Made by a program: the position numbers and the translations under genes
Shown here: one piece after another, positions 52,911 through 61,821 of the stretch
Position numbering within the stretch: the stretch's first letter is position 1
Layout: the number at the start of each line of letters is the position of its first letter
From: Candidatus Adlerbacteria bacterium
GTDB lineage: Bacteria > Patescibacteriota > Minisyncoccia > Phycocordibacterales > SBAW01
Length of the DNA: 64,000 bases
Assembly: GCA_026397405.1 (NCBI GenBank)
Contig: JAPLUW010000001.1
Location: 171,138 to 235,137, forward strand
Direction: 5' to 3'
The notes under the pieces: generated by a model
What the model saw: the letters and a program-made list of their open reading frames with translations, nothing else
The model's database searches: none
Told to the model about the DNA's origin: nothing

Positions 52911-53897
52911 TTACACTTGTTTGCGGCGCTCGCGCAAAGACGAGAAATATGAAGCACCTATAAACAACAAACTAATAGACCCCGCAACCGCGTCAGGTAC
53001 CGGCTTAAACAAACCTATAAACATGCACAGCGACAGCGCCCCTATCGCCCAGTAGGCACCGTGTTCCAAGTACACCAATGTTGCAAGCGTCTTTTTTTCT
53101 ACTAACAACACCGTAAACGTTCGAACAAAGTATGCGCCGATGCCAAGCCCCACGACAATAATAAGCAACTCCGATGTTAGCGTAAAAGCACCAACTACGC
53201 CGTCGAACGAAAACGCTGCGTCTAACACGTTTAGGTACATAAACAATCCAAACCCCTGTTTTGCAACCTGTGCACCCGACGTACCAAGCATGTCGACCAC
53301 GCCTTCCATCAATACAAACAACACAATTCCAACAGCGCCTGCGCCAAGTATCACAGCCGCATGCACAGGCGAAAGCCACGCACACAACAACAGCAAAGAC
53401 AGCGCGACGGCGACTTCAATGGCCTGGACTTTCCCCCACGACACAAGCCTTTGTTCGACAAACCCTATCCAGTGCACCCGCTTTGCTTCGTCAAAAAAAT
53501 ATTTGAGCGCTACCATCGCCAAAAATGCCCCGCCAAGAGCGTGTATAACCGGTGCAGCACCTTCCACCAAACGTGCGTACTCTGCAGGGTTGTTAAACAA
53601 CAGCATCAGCAGCACGTCAGGCGAAATAGCGGCTGCGAGCGACACAAGCAACACCGGGAAGACAAGCCGAGTCCCCACAACCGCGATAAACATACCCCAC
53701 GTTAAAAAACGCTTGCGCCATTTTTCGTCCATGCGCATAAGCACACGAGCATTAACGACCGCGTTGTCGAACGACAGCGACACTTCCAGCACCGTCAAAA
53801 AAAGCACCAGCGCCAAGGCCTCCATTCCGCCCCACACATAGGTTGCAACGAATGCAACGACCGACACCAGCACCGGTCCGATAAAAAGTTTTAACAT
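52911..53897 (-). CDS. DUF475/TerC-family integral membrane protein
   Basis: Start placed at MLKLFIGPVL (upstream extension overlaps tRNA-Leu); LSFDNA motif repeated (EVSLSFDNAVV, LDAAFSFDGVV). Confidence 0.65.
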   Translation of the reverse strand: MLKLFIGPVLVSVVAFVATYVWGGMEALALVLFLTVLEVSLSFDNAVVNARVLMRMDEKWRKRFLTWGMFIAVVGTRLVFPVLLVSLAAAISPDVLLMLLFNNPAEYARLVEGAAPVIHALGGAFLAMVALKYFFDEAKRVHWIGFVEQRLVSWGKVQAIEVAVALSLLLLCAWLSPVHAAVILGAGAVGIVLFVLMEGVVDMLGTSGAQVAKQGFGLFMYLNVLDAAFSFDGVVGAFTLTSELLIIVVGLGIGAYFVRTFTVLLVEKKTLATLVYLEHGAYWAIGALSLCMFIGLFKPVPDAVAGSISLLFIGASYFSSLRERRKQV

Positions 53898-53925
53898 ACC
53901 AACAACTATACTAGAGAAAACAGTG

Positions 53926-54009
53926 TGCCCAGGAGAGGACTCGAACCTCCAACCCCTTGCGGGGGCTACCACCTCAAGGTAGTGCGTCTACCAATTTCGC
54001 CACCTGGGC
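53926..54009 (-). tRNA. tRNA-Leu (anticodon GAG)
   Basis: Minus strand GCCCAGGTGGCGAAATTGGTAGACGCACTACCTTGAGGTGGTAG...GGTTCGAGTCCTCTCCTGGGCA; long variable arm; anticodon loop TTGAGGT. Confidence 0.8.
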
Positions 54010-54057
54010 ATAGGTTGCGTGTGTACTATATCGGACAGTTACTATTTTATCAATTAA

Positions 54058-54090
54058 AAAACCGCCTCGGAATTCCAGGGCGGTTTTTTG
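54058..54090 (-). terminator. Intrinsic terminator downstream of rplS
   Basis: ccgcc-tcggaattccag-ggcgg followed by T-tract on minus strand. Confidence 0.5.
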
Positions 54091-54102
54091 TTTTGATGAA
54101 AA

Positions 54103-54585
54103 TTACTCTGCTGAAACTTCTTCTGCCTGAGTTTCTAGGGTAGGTTCCTCAGGAGCGACTTCGTTGGCTGATGCCTTTGCCGACGGCTCGATGCGGATAG
54201 ACTTGCGCATCGCACGCTTAACTTCAGACGCTGCCTTGCGGCGGATAAAGTAAAGTTTTGCGCGGCGGGTACGTGCACGGCGGAGCACTTCGACTTCGTC
54301 GATCATCGGCGAGTAAAGTGGGAAGATTTTCTCAACCCCTACACCGCTGGAGACTTTGCGGACAGTAAACATAGCACCCGACTCGGCACCGTGTTTAACC
54401 GCGAGTACCAAGCCTTCAAACGCCTGGCGGCGGAGGTTTTTAGTAGTTATTTCTTTTTTGTTAGCAGCCTTGCCTTTTTTAAGTTCGACAATGTTCTGCC
54501 ACACGCGGACGGTGTCGCCCGAGCGGATACCAAGCGCCGCGCGCGCTTCTTTATTAACAGGGCTTGTTTTAACTGCGGTTTGCAT
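54103..54585 (-). CDS. rplS: 50S ribosomal protein L19
   Basis: Start placed at MQTAVKTSPV; GDTVRVWQNIVELKKGK...RRQAFEGLVLAVKHGAESG typical of L19. Confidence 0.85.
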   Translation of the reverse strand: MQTAVKTSPVNKEARAALGIRSGDTVRVWQNIVELKKGKAANKKEITTKNLRRQAFEGLVLAVKHGAESGAMFTVRKVSSGVGVEKIFPLYSPMIDEVEVLRRARTRRAKLYFIRRKAASEVKRAMRKSIRIEPSAKASANEVAPEEPTLETQAEEVSAE

Positions 54586-54608
54586 GATGAGAGGACTGTA
54601 CCACATTG

Positions 54609-55304
54609 CTACTGGCTGCGCAATTGAGCCTCCGCTGTTACAAATTCTGGAGGCAGAGGCGCGGTAAATGTCATCTCTTCACCCGACGGATGCGTAATAG
54701 TTATAGAAAGGGCGTGCAAGGCGAGCCTTTCGAACCCCAAGAGTTTCGGGCGGCCCGGCGCATAGAGGCGGTCGGACAATACCGGGTGCTGAATTGACGA
54801 AAAGTGGACACGGATCTGGTGTGTGCGGCCAGTCTTGGGGAAGACTTCAACATAGCTGGCCCGGTCGCCTTCTGTTGCAAGGGTCGTACGTGCTATCACG
54901 CGAAATGTTGTGAGGGCTTCGCGCATCTGGCCGTGCGCCTGTTTTGTCGAGCGCGGTCCCATGCCGCCGCGGGCATTACCTATGGGTTTGTCTATCACTC
55001 CCCGTTCGTCTTGTATCACTCCGTGTACAAACGCGCGGTACACCTTGCGCACTTCTCGTTCTGCAAACTGCTCTTTTAAAAATGCATGTGCCTCCTGCGT
55101 GCGGGCAACAAGCAGCACACCGGATGTTTCGCGGTCGAGCCGGTGCACAAAATGAAAATTGCCGACGCCGTACTTTTGCTCCAACCACGCGTCGAGCGCC
55201 GGGTAGTCGTGTTTGCCGTCTGGGTAGACAATAATCCCCGACGGTTTGTCTAGGGCAATAATATCCGCATCTTCGTACAGTATGTATGGCTCTTTAATAG
55301 TCAT
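54609..55304 (-). CDS. RluA-family 23S rRNA/tRNA pseudouridine synthase
   Basis: 231 aa; catalytic HRLDRETSGVLLVART motif. Confidence 0.8.
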   Translation of the reverse strand: MTIKEPYILYEDADIIALDKPSGIIVYPDGKHDYPALDAWLEQKYGVGNFHFVHRLDRETSGVLLVARTQEAHAFLKEQFAEREVRKVYRAFVHGVIQDERGVIDKPIGNARGGMGPRSTKQAHGQMREALTTFRVIARTTLATEGDRASYVEVFPKTGRTHQIRVHFSSIQHPVLSDRLYAPGRPKLLGFERLALHALSITITHPSGEEMTFTAPLPPEFVTAEAQLRSQ

Positions 55305-55305
55305 G

Positions 55306-56640
55306 TTAGCTGGTTATAACTGCCCACACGAGCCAACAGTTAAGTACTGTAATAATACCCGCAACTACGCTCGCAAGTACTGTCACCCACAGCGGGTTTA
55401 CAAACGTACCCATAATGCGTTTTTGTGAGGTGAAGTAAATAAGGGGAAAGAGTGCAAACGGCAACTGCACACTTAACACGACCTGGCTTAAGATAAGCAG
55501 TTGTGTAAGAGAGTTGCCTCCAAACCACACAACAACAAGGAGCGCAGGTATAAGTGCTAAGCCGCGGGTCAGCATGCGCGTAAGCCACGCGGGCAGACGC
55601 AGGTCGAGGAACCCTTCCATTATTATCTGTCCTGCGAGCGTCCCGGTGATTGTCGAATTTTGTCCCGACGCAAGTAGGGCCAGTGCAAACAAGACAGCCG
55701 CAAGCGTGCCCCCAAGCACCGGGGCAAGCAGCCTGTAGGCACTTTGTAGGTCAGAAACTTCTGTGAGACCGTGGGCATTAAACGCAGCCGCGGCAACAAT
55801 TAAAATTGCAGCATTTACAAAAAATGCGAGCGACAGTGCAATAGTTGAGTCGAGTGATGTGTAAAATACCGCCTCCTTTTTACCTTCTTCTGTTTCTTGG
55901 TAGTTGCGCGTCTGCACGAGCGACGAGTGCAGGTACAAATTGTGCGGCATCACGGTTGCACCAATGATACCAATAGCTACATACAACATCTCTTTGTTAA
56001 ATATAATGTCTGATGAAGGTATAAAACCCACAAACAATTGTGCAAACGCCGGGTGGGCCCACGCAACGTCTATGGCAAAACACACGCCAATAGTTGCAAT
56101 AAGTACTATGACAACTGCCTCGAGCCAACGGAAACCAAACCGCTGTAACATGAGCAACAACAACACGTCGGCACCAGTTATAAGCACGCCCCACATAAGT
56201 GGGATGTGGAACAAAAGTAACAATGCTATAGCCGAACCAATAACTTCAGCCAAGTCGCACGCAACTATCATCACCTGCGCCATCACCCACAAAAAAATAA
56301 CTGCGGGTTTTGGAAAATGGTCGCGACACAGCTGTGCCAAGTCGCGCCCGGTTGCGATACCAAGTTTTGCACATAGGTGCTGAAAGAGCACCGCTGCTAA
56401 GTTGGAAAGCAAAATAACCGACAGCAGTTTGTATGCAAATGCCGAACCGCCGACCAAGTCGGTTGCCCAGTTCCCTGGGTCCATATAGCCCACTGCTACA
56501 AGGTAGCCGGGCCCCGAAAACGCGAGCAACTTCCACAGCCAGTGGCCGCCCGTAGGTACAGAGACAGAACGATGGGATTCTTTCCCGTCGCCTTCTGCCC
56601 CGCCCCAGCCTTTTGCTGCAAGTAAATTACGATGTGTCAT
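55306..56640 (-). CDS. mntH: NRAMP-family divalent metal (Mn2+/Fe2+) transporter
   Basis: Start placed at MTHRNLLAAKG (ORF-track N-terminal extension overlaps tRNA-Val); GPGYLVAVGYMDPGNWATDL signature. Confidence 0.8.
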   Translation of the reverse strand: MTHRNLLAAKGWGGAEGDGKESHRSVSVPTGGHWLWKLLAFSGPGYLVAVGYMDPGNWATDLVGGSAFAYKLLSVILLSNLAAVLFQHLCAKLGIATGRDLAQLCRDHFPKPAVIFLWVMAQVMIVACDLAEVIGSAIALLLLFHIPLMWGVLITGADVLLLLMLQRFGFRWLEAVVIVLIATIGVCFAIDVAWAHPAFAQLFVGFIPSSDIIFNKEMLYVAIGIIGATVMPHNLYLHSSLVQTRNYQETEEGKKEAVFYTSLDSTIALSLAFFVNAAILIVAAAAFNAHGLTEVSDLQSAYRLLAPVLGGTLAAVLFALALLASGQNSTITGTLAGQIIMEGFLDLRLPAWLTRMLTRGLALIPALLVVVWFGGNSLTQLLILSQVVLSVQLPFALFPLIYFTSQKRIMGTFVNPLWVTVLASVVAGIITVLNCWLVWAVITS

Positions 56641-56668
56641 GACACAAACACCTTTCAAACAGTGGATG

Positions 56669-56741
56669 TGGGCGATACAGGACTCGAACCTGTGACCTTC
56701 TTGGTGTAAACAAGTTGCTCTACCAACTGAGCTAATCGCCC
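56669..56741 (-). tRNA. tRNA-Val (anticodon TAC)
   Basis: Minus strand GGGCGATTAGCTCAGTTGGTAGAGCAACTTGTTTACACCAAGAAGGTCACAGGTTCGAGTCCTGTATCGCCCA. Confidence 0.8.
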
Positions 56742-56792
56742 GAACGCTACGCTCCCAAGATACCGCATTATGCCGTCTAAAACAACGCGCTT

Positions 56793-57866
56793 CTACTTTG
56801 TCATCGTAAACGGCCGCGCTGCTGCCCAATCAGTAGTAAACGTAGCTTGTAGTGATGCAATAACCGCAGGGGCAGAAAGTACTAGCCCTAGTTCCCTATT
56901 TTTGCTCATCGAGTTGTTGGAAAAATTTTCCGAACCGAGAAATGCGGTCGTGTTGTCGACCATAATCATCTTTGCATGTATGTACAACTTGCCTTTGGTC
57001 GATGGAAACGTACGCACACCAACTCCCGCAGCCTGGAGTTCCATAAATGCTTTTTTCCAGTTAGTGGCGTAGGTCATCACAACCTGTACGTGCACGCCGC
57101 GTCTTGCAGCTGCCACAAGTGCTGCAGTGATGTCAGCGTCTGCCATTTCTTCGTTATAAATTTTTAACGACGACGTTGCGGAATTAATTAAATAGAGAAG
57201 TTCGTCTTCCGAACCAGGGCTCCACACTAAGTCGTCACCCTCTTTCGCGATCGCACCACTTCCCTCCCAGTCCGAATTAAACGCCTCTTCTATTGCGCGC
57301 ACGTCGGCTGGGTCGGTGTCGTGTACGCCAAAGTCGCGACCAGTCGCGTAATATTTTTGTACCAAGTTAAAGGTCATAATAAATGCCTCGGAGCCGTCGA
57401 CAATAATAGTTTTTTGGTGCGTCAAGGCAAAGTATGTCGGCGTCCACTTCACGGACACGTTTACTTTTTGCAGCGCAGCGTACGCTCCGTCATTTCCTTT
57501 TTCCTTTTTTGCGTAGTACCCGCCGTTTAACATAACGCGCACCGCGACACCACGTGCCTGTGCTGCTGCCAGCGCTTGAACAACGGCCTGGTCGTCGAGT
57601 TGATACATCACCAGGTCAATAGACTTCTGCGCGTTTTGTATAAGCGCGAGCACGGGCGCGACTCCTGCCGCAGGTTCGGTAACAAGCGAAAAATATTCAG
57701 GCGGCGCAGCCTTAATTTCAACGGGCGAAACAAGTACACCCGCCCCTGTCGCGGCGGTTTGCTTAATAACCCGGTCGTAATGCGCAAAAAAGTCGCCCGA
57801 CACTGCCGCACCGCCAGCCGAAAGCAGCAACAAAAGCCCGGCAATAAAAAGATATTTTCTATACAC
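56793..57866 (-). CDS. Secreted phospholipase D-family protein (two HKD motifs)
   Basis: 357 aa; signal peptide; HQKTIIVDG...FNL and HAKMIMVDN...GSENFS. Confidence 0.7.
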   Translation of the reverse strand: MYRKYLFIAGLLLLLSAGGAAVSGDFFAHYDRVIKQTAATGAGVLVSPVEIKAAPPEYFSLVTEPAAGVAPVLALIQNAQKSIDLVMYQLDDQAVVQALAAAQARGVAVRVMLNGGYYAKKEKGNDGAYAALQKVNVSVKWTPTYFALTHQKTIIVDGSEAFIMTFNLVQKYYATGRDFGVHDTDPADVRAIEEAFNSDWEGSGAIAKEGDDLVWSPGSEDELLYLINSATSSLKIYNEEMADADITAALVAAARRGVHVQVVMTYATNWKKAFMELQAAGVGVRTFPSTKGKLYIHAKMIMVDNTTAFLGSENFSNNSMSKNRELGLVLSAPAVIASLQATFTTDWAAARPFTMTK

Positions 57867-57892
57867 TGCTAATAGTATAGACTGACTGCACA

Positions 57893-57964
57893 GCCCCTGT
57901 AGTTAAACGGATATAACCGCGGACTTCTAAGCCGCTGTTCGAGGTTCGATTCCTCGCGGGGGCA
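57893..57964 (+). tRNA. tRNA-Arg (anticodon TCT)
   Basis: GCCCCTGTAGTTAAACGGATATAACCGCGGACTTCTAAGCCGCTGTTCGAGGTTCGATTCCTCGCGGGGGCA; anticodon loop CTTCTAA. Confidence 0.75.
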
Positions 57965-58039
57965 CAAAATATGTGGGTCACAGAAAAATACTTGTGACCA
58001 AAACAACATCTCATTAAAGATATATACTACCTAGTATCC

Positions 58040-58543
58040 ATGGTACGCCATATATTTACTCAAAAGTTTTGGCACCAGCTGTTTGAAGCAGGCGTTTTTT
58101 TGAAAGCGCTCAACAGCGTGTGGGAGACAGGTGCAGGAATTTTTTTGCTGTTTTCGACACACCCCATGCTTCGGGATCGATTCGTTTTCTTGACCCAGGA
58201 AGAGTTTGTGGGTGGGCGGCACGAATATATCTTCCGTCTTGCAAGCGAACAGCTTAACCATTTGTCTGTCAGTACAAAAAACTTTGTTGGCGTATATCTA
58301 CTGCTGCACGGCCTGCTCAACATGTTCCTTGCATACAACTTATACAAAAACCGGCTGTGGGCGTACCCTGTTGCTATTGGTATAACCTGCCTCTTTTTGG
58401 TGTACCAGCTCTACCGGCTCCTCCACACACATTCCCCTATTCTCTTGTGCGTCACCGCGTTCGATATTTTATTTATTGTACTGACATGGCACGAGTACCG
58501 TCATCAACAAAAGAAACAACACCATGCCAACCTTCCATCTTGA
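58040..58543 (+). CDS. Hypothetical integral membrane protein
   Basis: 167 aa; four predicted TMS. Confidence 0.45.
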   Translation: MVRHIFTQKFWHQLFEAGVFLKALNSVWETGAGIFLLFSTHPMLRDRFVFLTQEEFVGGRHEYIFRLASEQLNHLSVSTKNFVGVYLLLHGLLNMFLAYNLYKNRLWAYPVAIGITCLFLVYQLYRLLHTHSPILLCVTAFDILFIVLTWHEYRHQQKKQHHANLPS

Positions 58544-59135
58544 CCCTCTGCAGATAATTACCACGCTGGGGTACCTTGGTATTTTTTGTATCGTACTTGC
58601 CGAGTCAGGTGTACTTATTGGGTTTTTCCTCCCCGGCGACTCGCTACTGCTAACCGCAGGGCTGCTTGCGTCACAGGGCGTGCTTTCGCTGCCCGCGCTA
58701 CTTCTTATTATTCCTATAGCCGCAATTATGGGCGACAGTGTTGGCTATTCGTTTGGACGTTTTATCGGCCCACGGCTGTTCACTAAAAAAGATTCGTTAT
58801 TGTTTAACCAAAAACACATCACGCGCTCGCAAGAATTTTATGAACGATACGGAACGCGGGCACTCGTGCTTGCCCGCTTTATGCCGGCAGTACGCACCTT
58901 TGTCCCTATTGTTGCCGGGGTGGGCCGTATGCACTACCGAAAGTTCCTTGTCTACAACGCTATTGGAGGTTTCCTCTGGGGCACGGTGTTTACGTTGCTT
59001 GGCTACTTTTTAGGCAAAGCAGTTCCAAACATCGAGAACTATATACTCCCTATCGTGGTGGCGGTTGTCTTTATTTCTCTCTTGCCGGTGGTGCACGAGT
59101 GGTGGAAGAGTAGAAAGAAAAAATTACTTCACTAA
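58524..59135 (+). CDS. DedA/SNARE-associated family membrane protein
   Basis: 203 aa; GFFLPGDSLLLTAGLLA ... ARFMPAVRTFVPIVAGVGRM typical DedA motifs. Confidence 0.8.
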   Translation: MPTFHLDPLQIITTLGYLGIFCIVLAESGVLIGFFLPGDSLLLTAGLLASQGVLSLPALLLIIPIAAIMGDSVGYSFGRFIGPRLFTKKDSLLFNQKHITRSQEFYERYGTRALVLARFMPAVRTFVPIVAGVGRMHYRKFLVYNAIGGFLWGTVFTLLGYFLGKAVPNIENYILPIVVAVVFISLLPVVHEWWKSRKKKLLH

Positions 59136-59453
59136 GCTGCCCGGTGCTGCGTCAGTTTCAAAAAGCGAAAGTGGTGCGTCTCCCCCGCCTGTTGCAAGTA
59201 TCATGCCCTGGCTTTCAAGGCCCATCATCATACGCGGTGCCAAATTTGTAACAAACGGAACCTTCTTCCCTACCAATACAGAAATATCAGAAAAATATGG
59301 AGCAATACCCGAAAGCACTTGGCGTTCGCCCATTTCACCAAAGTTAACCTTCAACTTTAAAAGTTTTTCGCTCCCTTCAATAGCTTCCACGCTCAAAATC
59401 TCCCCGACGCGGATTTCTATTTTTTTAAAATCATCAATTGAAATTGGTTCCAT
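59124..59453 (-). CDS. tRNA-binding protein (CsaA/Trbp111-like EMAP/OB domain)
   Basis: 109 aa; DFKKIEIRVGEILSVEAIEGSEKLLKLKVNFGE. Confidence 0.7.
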   Translation of the reverse strand: MEPISIDDFKKIEIRVGEILSVEAIEGSEKLLKLKVNFGEMGERQVLSGIAPYFSDISVLVGKKVPFVTNLAPRMMMGLESQGMILATGGGDAPLSLFETDAAPGSLVK

Positions 59454-59474
59454 AGTTTTTTGCGATTATTTTTA

Positions 59475-59897
59475 TTACTCTACATCAGGTCGTTGCTTCA
59501 TTCGGTCTAAATAATTTTGCAAAATAAGTGCCGCGGCAGAAGAATCTAAGTTTTCCTGGCTTGGGTTTTGCTTCCGTGAGCCGTCGGGCGCAAACTGTCG
59601 CGCAGCCGCCATACTGCTCATAAACTCCGGTTCAAACTCTACCAACAATTCTGCATCTTCAAGTTTTTGTTTAAACAGCTCCACATACTTCATCACCGGA
59701 TTAGGTGTCCCACTGTAGTCGCGCGACTCGCCGAGGATAATTTTCTGCACGCCATTTTCGTGTGCAATATCCAGTACCTCTTTTATTGCATTCTCCCCTG
59801 CTTTTACGGTACCCAGCGGAAAGGCCAGAGTTGCCGTTTCGTCTGAAACCGCAACGCCAATGCGTTTGGTTCCGTAATCAATCCCGAGATATTTCAT
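59475..59897 (-). CDS. ruvX: Putative pre-16S rRNA nuclease / Holliday-junction resolvase-like YqgF
   Basis: Start placed at MKYLGIDYGTKRIGVAVSD (RNase H-like fold signature). Confidence 0.8.
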   Translation of the reverse strand: MKYLGIDYGTKRIGVAVSDETATLAFPLGTVKAGENAIKEVLDIAHENGVQKIILGESRDYSGTPNPVMKYVELFKQKLEDAELLVEFEPEFMSSMAAARQFAPDGSRKQNPSQENLDSSAAALILQNYLDRMKQRPDVE

Positions 59898-59926
59898 TAG
59901 AGGACAGCATAACATATTTGATATAA

Positions 59927-60712
59927 TTGAGTGGTTTAAAGAACACCATGTCTACCCTCTCCACTCTATGTACACAATGCAAAAAATCTTTTCAAAAAAG
60001 ATACACAAAACAATTATTTTGCAGTGTTGGATGTTCAAATCGCAAACATCTTAACAACAAAAATAATGAGGTCGTTTTGCCCGCTGCGTACTCCCCCGAG
60101 TTAGCCGAACTATTCGGTATTTTGCTTGGAGACGGTAGCGTTGAAACATACTTTACAAAAGTGTATCTAAATCGAGTGGTGGACAAACCATACGTCTCAT
60201 TTGTTTTTAAACTCTGCAAAAGACTTTTTCCAAAAGCATCAGTAACCCGATACGACCGACCAGCAAAAGGGGTGGTCGAGGTCCAGATTTCTTCCAAGGC
60301 AGTGTCTGATTATCTCTTTTCAATTGGTTTTAAACCGAAAGAACGCACCGTCCCTGCTTGGATATCTTCCAACGTGCCCTTCACTAAACGCACTCTTCGA
60401 GGACTTTTTGATACGGAAGGCTCTGTTTCTTTCAAATTTTATAGAGGTGCGCTTGGAGATACTTTCTATAGGCAACTAACCTGCACTAATTCTAATAAAA
60501 ATATTTTATCATTTTTGGAAAAGAAACTGACTCTGCTAGGTTTCAAACCGACCAAAAATTCGAGGAAAAATATCTACATAAGTAACCGACTTGATATTAA
60601 GAAGTTTTTAGATGATATTGGTAGCAGCAATCCAAAAATTCTACGAAAACTCAGGGCTAAAAACCTAACAGAATTTCGCCAGAAAGTGATTGTGCAGAAA
60701 GGCAATATATAA
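59927..60712 (+). CDS. Free-standing double-motif LAGLIDADG homing-endonuclease-like protein with N-terminal C4 zinc finger
   Basis: 261 aa; LAGLIDADG-type helices ELFGILLGDGSVE and LRGLFDTEGSVSF; N-terminal CTQCKK...CSVGCSNRKH; AT-rich relative to neighbours. Confidence 0.6.
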   Translation: MSGLKNTMSTLSTLCTQCKKSFQKRYTKQLFCSVGCSNRKHLNNKNNEVVLPAAYSPELAELFGILLGDGSVETYFTKVYLNRVVDKPYVSFVFKLCKRLFPKASVTRYDRPAKGVVEVQISSKAVSDYLFSIGFKPKERTVPAWISSNVPFTKRTLRGLFDTEGSVSFKFYRGALGDTFYRQLTCTNSNKNILSFLEKKLTLLGFKPTKNSRKNIYISNRLDIKKFLDDIGSSNPKILRKLRAKNLTEFRQKVIVQKGNI

Positions 60713-60713
60713 C

Positions 60714-60798
60714 GGAGAGGTGGCAGAGTGGTCTATCGCACCGCACTTGAAATGCGGCGTACCGCAAGGTACCGTGAGTTCGAATCTCACCCTCTCCG
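60714..60798 (+). tRNA. tRNA-Ser (anticodon TGA)
   Basis: GGAGAGGTGGCAGAGTGGTCTATCGCACCGCACTTGAAATGCGGCGTACCGCAAGGTACCGTGAGTTCGAATCTCACCCTCTCCG; long variable arm. Confidence 0.8.
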
Positions 60799-60805
60799 CA
60801 AAATG

Positions 60806-60840
60806 AAAAACAGGTGCTTCTGCACCTGTTTTTTTATTTC
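60806..60840 (+). terminator. Intrinsic terminator after tRNA-Ser
   Basis: aaaaacaggtgc-ttct-gcacctgtttttttatt. Confidence 0.65.
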
Positions 60841-61259
60841 TGTGGAATGAAGATGGAGAGATTCGAAAGACGGAAAAAATTTGTTCGGGGAACGAATTTT
60901 TGAGTCGGGGTCGAGGATGCCAGGCTTTTTCAAACATGCGAAGAAAAAGCCGGCAGACCGTGACCGAATCTCACCTCCTCCGCCAGGCACAGATTCTGGT
61001 TCTTTACGCGAAACTTCAAACAGAGGAGGTCTCATGAGTCTCTCTAATATGTTTCGAAAATATCGGGGTTTGATTGATGGGATTGTAGGAGTAGGTTTTA
61101 TATGCGCCATGGTCCTCTTCTTTTTCATAGTGGGGACCGTAAAGTAGCGCGGACCGGCTACACATCAGCCGGTTTTTCTTTTGTAATTACCTCCCACCTA
61201 AACCGTCATCATGTATGTTGCCCTTATTCGGCAACGGTTTACTGGCCTAAACAATACAT

Positions 61260-61745
61260 ATGAAAAAAATAAATTACTACCTCGCAACAAGCACCGTGGC
61301 ACTTGCACTTATTGCAGTAGCGGCTCCTGCACTTGCCAGCGCAAATGAAGGTTCTAAACATGCATCAGTACAAACTGGAGCACGTGCCTCTCTCCACATT
61401 GGGGGCGATAAAGACAAAAATCATGACACTGATAAAAAAACACGCCGCGCAGAAGGTACAAAAAACTTCCTCGCAGCAATAGGTGCTGCCGGCGCAGGTG
61501 TTGTGACATCGGTCAACGGTTCAACCGTCACACTCAAGTCGTTCGGCACAAAAGCAACAACTACTGTCACAACTAACGCCTCGACTGTGTACAAAGTAAA
61601 CGGCCAAGCAACAACCTCAGCCGCAGTGGCTGCCGGTTCGCACGTAATTGTTACTGGTACGACAAATGCTGACACCAGCATTACCGCGTCCATCATAAGC
61701 ATCTTCACTGGTTGGTTTGGATTCTTCAAACACCTCTTCCGCTAA
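61260..61745 (+). CDS. Hypothetical secreted protein (signal peptide, T/A/G-rich)
   Basis: 161 aa; MKKINYYLATSTVALALIAVAAPALASA signal. Confidence 0.45.
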   Translation: MKKINYYLATSTVALALIAVAAPALASANEGSKHASVQTGARASLHIGGDKDKNHDTDKKTRRAEGTKNFLAAIGAAGAGVVTSVNGSTVTLKSFGTKATTTVTTNASTVYKVNGQATTSAAVAAGSHVIVTGTTNADTSITASIISIFTGWFGFFKHLFR

Positions 61746-61821
61746 CCAACAGTGGAGTAAAGCAACCGGCCCCCGCATCCATACATGCGGGGGCTTTTGC
61801 TATGTGCCCTATACTGGGCAG

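Noticed and set aside
52911-53972. N-terminal extensions of the TerC-like (to 53972) and MntH (55306..56829) ORFs in the ORF track
   Set aside because: Extensions are the antisense translations of tRNA-Leu and tRNA-Val respectively; internal Met starts (53897, 56640) chosen instead.
60881-61147. 88-aa ORF, or a 37-aa small membrane protein from internal Met at 61037 with strong RBS AGGAGG
   Set aside because: Too short and unconserved to call; the longer ORF is Pro/Gly/Arg-rich with no start signal. Left unannotated.
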